In this document: one piece after another, positions 57,434 through 64,000 of the stretch
How positions within the stretch are numbered: the first letter of the stretch is position 1
Layout of the letters: each line of letters begins with the position of its first letter
Origin: an uncultured delta proteobacterium
Lineage (GTDB): Bacteria; Desulfobacterota; RBG-13-43-22
NCBI GenBank assembly: GCA_963743305.1
Contig: CAVUPH010000027.1
Location: forward strand, 1 to 64,000
DNA length: 64,000 nucleotides
Direction of reading: 5' to 3'
Notes under the pieces: model-generated
Seen by the model: the letters and a program-made list of their open reading frames with translations, nothing else
Databases searched by the model: none
What the model was told of the DNA's origin: nothing
Made by a program: the position numbers and the translations under genes

Positions 57434-58815
57434 CTACCCATTTATCTGGTACTTTTCCATCTTCTCATAAAGGGCCTTTCGTGAAATTCCGAGGAGTCTG
57501 GAAGCCTCGGTCTTATTCCCTTGGCATTTTACTAAGGTCTGCTGAATGAGTGCCCGTTCCATATCCTTTATTTTCGTTCCCGGCGGATAGGAGAATGTTT
57601 CCTGTTTTTCCCCCGGATCCAGGGGGGCTTTCCGGGTTTCCTTTTCAAACTTATCCGACAAATCCACGGAGCGGATCAGCGGTCCTTTGGAAAGGATGAC
57701 CGCCCGGGCCAGACAGTTTTCTAATTCCCTGACATTTCCCGGCCAAGGGTGCCGGATTAAGATATCCAAGGCCTGGGGGTCAATTCCCTCGATGCAATTT
57801 TTATATTGTTCGGAATAGCGTCGGATGAAATGGTTGACCAGAAGGGGGATATCCTCTCGCCTCTCCCGCAACGGGGGCAGCGTAAGGGAGATCACCTCGA
57901 TCCGGTAGAATAAATCGCTCAGAATCGGCCGGCCCGGATTTCCTCTGAGAGGTTTCGGTTGGTGGCCGTTATGAGCCGGACGTCGACGCTGCGAACTTCC
58001 AACCCTCCCAGGGGTTCAAAGGTTCTTTCCTGCAAAAAACGAAGGAGCTTGGACTGAAGGTTCAGGGACATCTGGCCGATTTCGTCGAGGAATAATGTGC
58101 CTCGATCCGCCAATTCAAGACGCCCCTTTTTATCCGTTAAAGCTCCGGTGAAGGCTCCCTTCCGGTAGCCGAAGAGTTCGGCCTCGAGTAAACTTTCGGT
58201 CAAGGCGGCGGAATTGATGCAGACCATATTTCGGTCCCGGCGGGGGCTCAGAGTATGGATCGCTCGCGAAAGCAGTTCTTTTCCGGTTCCGGTTTCTCCA
58301 TTGATCAAGATAGTGGCATTGGTCGGAGCTACGGTTTGGACCAGCTCAAAGATTTCTTTCATCCGGGGGCTGATCCCGATAATATTCTGGAAGGAGTATT
58401 TCTCTTGCACTTCACGCCGCAGGGAATCCAGTTCCAGTGACATCTCCCGCTCACGAAGGGCTCTTTGTATGATCAGGTTCATTTCTTCATAGTTAAGGGG
58501 CTTGATCAGATAATTGGTTACCCCTTCCTTCATGGCCTGTACGGCCGATTGGATCGTGCCATGAGCGGTCATGATCAGAAACGGAAGCCCGTTCTCCAGG
58601 GCCTTGATCTTTTGGTAAAGTTCCAGACCGTCCATCCCCCCCATCTTGAGGTCGGCTAAAATCAAATCGATATTGCCCGGTTCTCGAAAAAGGGAAAGGG
58701 CCTGTTCCCCGCTTTGGGCCGTGATTACCTCAAAGCCTTCATCCCGGAGAATGGCTTCCAGGACTTTCAACGTATTGGGTTGGTCATCGACCACCAAGAT
58801 TCTTTTTTTACCCAT
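57434..58815 (-). CDS. NtrC-family sigma54 response regulator, frameshift near 57920
   Basis: Receiver, GETGTGKE, GAFTGA. Adding one base restores GRFLSDLFYRIEVISL and joins the WPGNVREL/HTH ORF. Confidence 0.9.
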
Positions 58816-60658
58816 TTTCGGACTCCTCGATCCCGGCAATGGTCATCACTGGAAATTCAAGGATGACTACCGTTCCTTCCCCCGCCTTGCTGTGAACGGC
58901 CAGTTTTCCGCCGTGGCTCTCAACAATGCCCAAGGTTATAGGCAATCCCAATCCGGTCCCCCCCTTCTTGAGACTAAAAAAGGGATCGAAAATATGCGCT
59001 TGGTGTTCGGAGGGAATCCCGATCCCGGTATCCTTAATCGACAATACGATTTTACCCGACCGTTCGTCCCCCATTTCCTTTCTTTCGTGCCGGGTAGTTA
59101 TTTCCAAAGTCCCGCCCTCAGGCATGGCATCCCGGGCGTTGATCAATAGATTGATCAAGACCTGCCCCATCTGGTGGGGATCCATTTTACATAGGGGAAG
59201 CGAGCCCTCCAAATGCCTGATGAGTTGAATCCCTTTCGCCGCCAGCGGCTCTTCAAATAAAGCCAGCGTATTCTGAATCAACTCATTGATAGGGGTGGGA
59301 AGAAGTTTTGGGACGGATTCCTTGGCCAGGTAAAGGAAGTCGGTGACAAAGGAATTGAGACGCTCAATTTCCTCCAAGATAAGGTTCGTATATTCCTCTA
59401 TTAAAGGATCTCCAGGCCGACGCCGCTGCAAATAGACGATCGCCCCTTTCATGGCATTTAGGGGATTCCTGATCTCGTGAGCTACCCCGGCCGAAAGCCT
59501 GCCCAAGGAGATAAATTTCTCGGAGCGCACCAGTTCATTCTGGGTTTCTTTCAGGTCCTGAATCATCCGGTTAAAGGATTGAGTCAGCATCCCCAACTCG
59601 TCCCGTGATTTAACGGGAATCCCCTGATCGAGATTGCCTCCGGCAATTCGTTCCGTGGCCATGACCAGCCTTCGGACCGGCCTGATCAGATTATAGGAAA
59701 TAATGATGACCGCCCCCGCCGCAATAAAAAGAGCAATCAGGACCACTTCCAATATCCTCTTTTGGAGGGCCTGCACCTCTTTCTTAAATTCCTCGATAGG
59801 GATGCTGACGGCCAAAGACCAATTCATCGCCGGGATAGGGGTATAGGCGGCGATTTTTTCTCCGAGGTAGGAATACGTTTTCCATCCCGTTTCTCCGGCC
59901 ATCATATCGATGATGAATTCTCGCAGGCGGGGATTAGGATAATTCTTGAGGTCCATCTCATAAGGGGCAAATTCCGGGTGGGCGATGGTCCTGCCTAGAT
60001 GGTCCACCATAAAAGCATACCCTTTGTCACCCACCTGGATTTCTTTTACCACTTTAATTATTCGGTCGTAATCCAAATCAATTACGACCGTACCTCCGAT
60101 TTGGCGATTGGAGTGGACCAGGGGTTTGGCGAAATAAACGACATACCCCTGCCGGATCGATGAAAAGATTATGTCCGAGATGTACAGTGATTTTTGAGAA
60201 AATTTCTTATAGGCCCGATAAAATCCATCTTCTCTTATTGAAGGGCGGGAAGAGACTGGCTGATCCTTCAGCACTCGGATCATTTCAGTCCCTTCTTTAT
60301 CAAAAAAGCGAACCTGGAAGTAAAACGGGGACCGATTGAGAAGATAGGTGAATAATTGGTTCACGTGCCTCCGATTGACTTCGGCCTCCTTCGCCTGCCC
60401 TTTGATTCTGGCCAGGTAGTAATCTCCCAAGAAAGGGATGCGAGAAATCATTTCCAGATCCAGTTTGCAGGAACGAAAGATAGTATCGATTTTTTCCGCC
60501 GCCCCCTTGACCGACATCATCTGTTCTTCCCGCGACATCCGGGTAACTATCCCTAAGGCCGTTTGGTAGGAGAAATAGCCGACCAAGGCTATGGGCACTG
60601 TAACCAGGGGAGCGATCAACAGCAATAATTTGGCGGAAATGGAGAAGCGGATTTTCAT
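58808..60658 (-). CDS. Cache-HAMP sensor histidine kinase
   Basis: Two TM helices, HAMP DELGML, AHEIRNPL, NARDA, GTGLGL. Confidence 0.93.
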   Translation of the reverse strand: MKIRFSISAKLLLLIAPLVTVPIALVGYFSYQTALGIVTRMSREEQMMSVKGAAEKIDTIFRSCKLDLEMISRIPFLGDYYLARIKGQAKEAEVNRRHVNQLFTYLLNRSPFYFQVRFFDKEGTEMIRVLKDQPVSSRPSIREDGFYRAYKKFSQKSLYISDIIFSSIRQGYVVYFAKPLVHSNRQIGGTVVIDLDYDRIIKVVKEIQVGDKGYAFMVDHLGRTIAHPEFAPYEMDLKNYPNPRLREFIIDMMAGETGWKTYSYLGEKIAAYTPIPAMNWSLAVSIPIEEFKKEVQALQKRILEVVLIALFIAAGAVIIISYNLIRPVRRLVMATERIAGGNLDQGIPVKSRDELGMLTQSFNRMIQDLKETQNELVRSEKFISLGRLSAGVAHEIRNPLNAMKGAIVYLQRRRPGDPLIEEYTNLILEEIERLNSFVTDFLYLAKESVPKLLPTPINELIQNTLALFEEPLAAKGIQLIRHLEGSLPLCKMDPHQMGQVLINLLINARDAMPEGGTLEITTRHERKEMGDERSGKIVLSIKDTGIGIPSEHQAHIFDPFFSLKKGGTGLGLPITLGIVESHGGKLAVHSKAGEGTVVILEFPVMTIAGIEESENG

Positions 60659-60928
60659 GATCTGCAAATTATCACAAACCCATCCTTCTTGCCAATATCA
60701 GATCCCGGCAATTCCTCTTTTCTCGACAAGAAAGCTTTCCTGCCAAAGGAGGAACCCTTTGAATTCCTATATATATGAGGGAGATATGAAATTAGCCTGT
60801 CGGTGGTGATGACCTACCCCCCTCCGCGAATATTTTCCCCCTTTGCGACGAAGTAATGGTAAAATCGTCGAGACGAGCACGAAGGGTTTATGAGGGGTCA
60901 ATTCAATATTGTTACTATTTAAAACAAA

Positions 60929-62842
60929 ATGGGCTACCGCGAACTGACCGCCTTACTGATCCTTCTCCCTTTTATCACCGCGCCGTTTTATTCTCTGTTC
61001 AAAGCGGAAAAGATTCAGTCCTTCGGGGTAATTTCCACCGGGATCCTTTTGGGACTGGGGGCATTGTTCATGATCCCCCAGGTCCCTTTTTCATTTTCCC
61101 CGGAATCTTTGGGGCCGCTGAGACCGGAGACCCTGATCGAAGTCGGCGATTTCGCCCTGCTCCTGCTTTTCCTTTATTATGGTTTTAGGCATCGCCACCG
61201 GCTGATTCAACTGCTCTCCGGGCTTCAGATCCTGCTGCTGATTTTTATCCAGCTCTATTTCCCTCAATCCGATCTCGGTTATCCGGTCTTTCACTGCGAT
61301 CGCCTGTCGCTCCTTTTGATCCTGATCATCTCCCTGATCGGCCCGGTGATCGTCTGGCAGGCCCTGCCCTACCTGGAGAACCACGAAAAACACCTCCAAA
61401 TCAAGGAAACGCGACGGCACCGTTTCTTTCCGGTGCTCATCCTTTTCCTGGGGGCCATGAATGGGGTCGTCCTGTCCAATGACCTCCGCTTCTTCTATTT
61501 CTTCTTCGAGATCACCACCCTCTGTTCTTTTTGGCTGATCCTTCATGATCGGACCGCGGAGGCCCTGACCAATGCCCTTCGGGCCCTCTGGATGAACAGC
61601 CTGGCCGGGCTGGCCCTGTTGGTGGGCCTCCTGGCCTGCTTAAAAGGTTACGGAACGCTCGACCTCCAGGGGATCATTCAGCGGGGGTCCGCTGGCCTTT
61701 ACGGGATACTGCCCCTGACTTTTCTTTGCCTGGCCGCTTTCATCAAATCCGCCCAATTCCCTTTTCAGAACTGGCTGCTGGGGGCCATGGTGGCCCCCAC
61801 CCCGGTCTCCGCCCTGCTCCATTCCAGCACCATGGTGAAAATCGGAGTTTATTTCGTCATGCGCCTGACCCCGGCTTTTCAGGGAACGTTTTTGAGCTAC
61901 GGCATCGCCCTTTTCGGAGCCTTTTCCTTTTTGTCCGCCGCCGCCCTGGCGGTGGGCCAGAGCAACGGCAAAAAAGTTTTGGCCTATTCCACCATCAGCA
62001 ACCTGGGTTTGATGTTCGCCATGGCCGGTCTGAACACCCCGGAAGCCCTCAGCGCCGGGCTTTTGCTGATCCTCTTCCATGCCTTGACCAAGGCCCTGCT
62101 GTTTCTCAGCGTCGGGGTGATTGAACAGCATCTGGACAGTCGGAATATCGAAGATATGGCCGGCCTTTATGCCCGGATACCCCTGACGGCCCTGATTACG
62201 GTGATGGGAATCATCATGATGATTATGCCCCCCTTCGGCTTGGTCCTGGGCAAATGGATGGCCTTCGAAGCGGCCTCCCGAAACCTGTCGGTAATGATCC
62301 CGCTCACCGCCGGCAGCGCCCTGACCGTGATGTACTGGGCCCGCTGGGCGGGAACCTTGATGAGTCATCCCCTTTCCGGACCCCTGATCCCCGAGAAACA
62401 GCCGATCCCCACCTGGACCGCGCTGGGGGCCCTCGCTCTCGGCGGCCTGGGCCTGGGCGTTGCCGCTCCCTGGGTTTACGAGTGGCTGCTCACCGGGACC
62501 TTTTTGCAGAATATTCCACTGCCCTATACCATTCACCAGGGCACACTGGAAAATCCGTACGGGGCCTTTGCCGTTTTGCCCTTGTCCCTGGTCGCTTTTC
62601 TGGGCCTCTGGGTCTCGGTCTTCTTCCTTCACTGGGCGCGGAAAGGAAAAATCAGCCCCCCTTACTTGAGCGGCCTGGAAACGGATCACCCCGGAATTTT
62701 TGTCGGTCCCCTGAACCAGCCGGTTAAAGCCGAAACGAAAAACTATTACTTGTCCACCCTTTTTAACGAAAAGCGGGTCACCCTTTGGGTGAATCTGGCG
62801 GCGGGCGGCCTGTTGTTTTTAATCCTGGCCGGAGGAGTGTGA
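60929..62842 (+). CDS. echA: Ech hydrogenase subunit A (antiporter-like)
   Basis: FEITTLCS, KSAQFPF, AMVAPTPVSALLHSSTMV, LAYSTI. Confidence 0.88.
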   Translation: MGYRELTALLILLPFITAPFYSLFKAEKIQSFGVISTGILLGLGALFMIPQVPFSFSPESLGPLRPETLIEVGDFALLLLFLYYGFRHRHRLIQLLSGLQILLLIFIQLYFPQSDLGYPVFHCDRLSLLLILIISLIGPVIVWQALPYLENHEKHLQIKETRRHRFFPVLILFLGAMNGVVLSNDLRFFYFFFEITTLCSFWLILHDRTAEALTNALRALWMNSLAGLALLVGLLACLKGYGTLDLQGIIQRGSAGLYGILPLTFLCLAAFIKSAQFPFQNWLLGAMVAPTPVSALLHSSTMVKIGVYFVMRLTPAFQGTFLSYGIALFGAFSFLSAAALAVGQSNGKKVLAYSTISNLGLMFAMAGLNTPEALSAGLLLILFHALTKALLFLSVGVIEQHLDSRNIEDMAGLYARIPLTALITVMGIIMMIMPPFGLVLGKWMAFEAASRNLSVMIPLTAGSALTVMYWARWAGTLMSHPLSGPLIPEKQPIPTWTALGALALGGLGLGVAAPWVYEWLLTGTFLQNIPLPYTIHQGTLENPYGAFAVLPLSLVAFLGLWVSVFFLHWARKGKISPPYLSGLETDHPGIFVGPLNQPVKAETKNYYLSTLFNEKRVTLWVNLAAGGLLFLILAGGV

Positions 62843-63690
62843 TGCGTCTGGTCCTCTTAACGGCTTTCGGTCTGCTGACGGCCCCACTCCTGGGCGGCCT
62901 GATTATCGGTCTGGACCGAATCCTCACCGCCCGGCTACAGTCCCGAATCGGCCCGCCGCTTTTCCAGCCTTTTTATGACCTGGGCAAGCTCTGGCAAAAG
63001 GAAAGGGCTATCGCCAATCCTTGGCAGGCCTTTTGCGCCCATGGCTATTTGGCCGCCGCCTCCATCGCCCTGGCCCTGTTCGGGCTGCAATCTGATCTAC
63101 TGCTCATCCTCTTCGTTCAGGCCGTGGGCGCCCTGTTTTTGGTCATCGGGGCCTTTTCCTCCGGTTCCCCCTATAGCCAGGTGGGTGCCCACCGGGAGCT
63201 ACTGCAGATCCTGGCCTATGAACCGCTCCTGCTGCTAGTGCCCGCCGGCTTCTATTTGGAGACCCACAGTTTTAAGATCATCGATCTCTATCAATGGAAC
63301 GAACCTCTTTTGTTACGGTTACCCCTTTTGTTTCTGGTTCTCCCTTTGGTCTTGACCATAAAACTGCGCAAATCACCCTTTGACCTCTCCGCCTCTCATC
63401 AGACGCATCAGGAATTGGTGCGGGGAATCCTGACCGACTTTTCCGGTCCTTATTTGGGACTGATTGAACTAGCCCATTTCTTTGATATCCTCCTCGTTCT
63501 GGGGATCTGTTCGCTCTTCTGGGCCAGCGGTTGGGCAGGGATGATCGCTTTACCGGGAGCCGTTTTTGTTTTTCAGATCGTAACCGATACGGCCTCGGCC
63601 CGGATGAACTGGCGCTGGATGTGGGCCTGGGCCTGGGGGGTCGGATTTCCGCTTTGTTTGATCAACTTGATTTGGATTGCTCGGGGATAG
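62842..63690 (+). CDS. echB: Ech hydrogenase subunit B (NuoH-like)
   Basis: DRILTARLQSRIGPP, QPFYD, KSPFD, HQELVRG. Confidence 0.88.
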   Translation: MRLVLLTAFGLLTAPLLGGLIIGLDRILTARLQSRIGPPLFQPFYDLGKLWQKERAIANPWQAFCAHGYLAAASIALALFGLQSDLLLILFVQAVGALFLVIGAFSSGSPYSQVGAHRELLQILAYEPLLLLVPAGFYLETHSFKIIDLYQWNEPLLLRLPLLFLVLPLVLTIKLRKSPFDLSASHQTHQELVRGILTDFSGPYLGLIELAHFFDILLVLGICSLFWASGWAGMIALPGAVFVFQIVTDTASARMNWRWMWAWAWGVGFPLCLINLIWIARG

Positions 63691-63697
63691 GCGGGAA

Positions 63698-64000
63698 ATG
63701 GGATACATTCACTCTTTTTTTCAAAAGTCCCGGATCAAATCCCCCTGGTTGCTCCATTATGACTGCGGGAGCTGCAACGGCTGCGATATCGAAGTCCTGG
63801 CCTGTCTGACCCCGGTCTACGACCTGGAACGCTTCGGTATCATCAATGTGGGCAACCCCAAGCACGCGGATATTTTTCTGGTCACCGGGACCGTCAATCC
63901 CCGGAACCGGAAGGTCCTGCTTAATCTTTACCGGCAAATACCCGCCCCCAGGATCGTGGTGGCCCTCGGCTCCTGCGCCCTCAGCGGAGGAATTTTCCGG
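63698..64000 (+). CDS. echC: Ech hydrogenase small subunit C (partial)
   Basis: MGYIHSFFQKSRIKSPWLLHYDCGSCNGCDIE...NPKHADIFLVTG...GSCALSGGIF; runs off the window end. Confidence 0.88.
   Translation, partial: MGYIHSFFQKSRIKSPWLLHYDCGSCNGCDIEVLACLTPVYDLERFGIINVGNPKHADIFLVTGTVNPRNRKVLLNLYRQIPAPRIVVALGSCALSGGIFR

Noticed and set aside
57919-57921. TGA inside the NtrC-type gene
   Set aside because: The continuation is in another frame, so this is a 1-nt deletion, not selenocysteine.
1-64000. CRISPR array, tRNA, rRNA, integrase or transposase
   Set aside because: None recognised by eye; the repeats found are inverted or heptameric, with no spacer structure.

Overview
Window from an anaerobic, selenocysteine-using bacterium, probably Desulfobacterota/deltaproteobacterial (inferred from gene content, not a search). 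It has five parts. (1) 1-6 kb, minus strand: sigma54-type envelope operon (Spy/CpxP-like proteins, receiver domain, hyaluronan-synthase-like GT2, two paralogous exported proteins), an ABC remnant and an RND pump. (2) 6.3-18.6 kb, plus strand: MazF-type TA pair, an unannotated ORF with two in-frame UGA codons (candidate UxxU selenoprotein), lgt, a stand-alone lipoyl redox cluster (CMD, Trx, GcvH-like, 2 DGC, OsmC, LpdA, LipA, LipM), Acr3, and a pentaheme cytochrome read through UGA (ExtKL-like). (3) 18.6-60.7 kb: one 42-kb minus-strand run built around an anaerobic mycofactocin-type system (mftB, mftC, two OYE flavoenzymes, EtfAB, heptaheme cytochrome, membrane Fe-S oxidoreductase, Mft-type SDR, mftF, second radical SAM; no mftD or mftE). 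(4) Upstream in that run are two parallel uptake/alcohol/aldehyde oxidation modules, one Mo-type and one W-type. The intact precursor mftA (…EELAIDGICGVY) is missing from the ORF track and lies 14.5 kb from mftB, while a 13-codon variant (MEEIRIDGTRGIY) sits directly before mftB. (5) 60.9-64 kb: start of an Ech hydrogenase operon. A 19-bp inverted-repeat element occurs in copies whose interior is flipped relative to the outer flanks. Several single-base frameshifts suggest assembly indels. No rRNA, tRNA or CRISPR array was seen.
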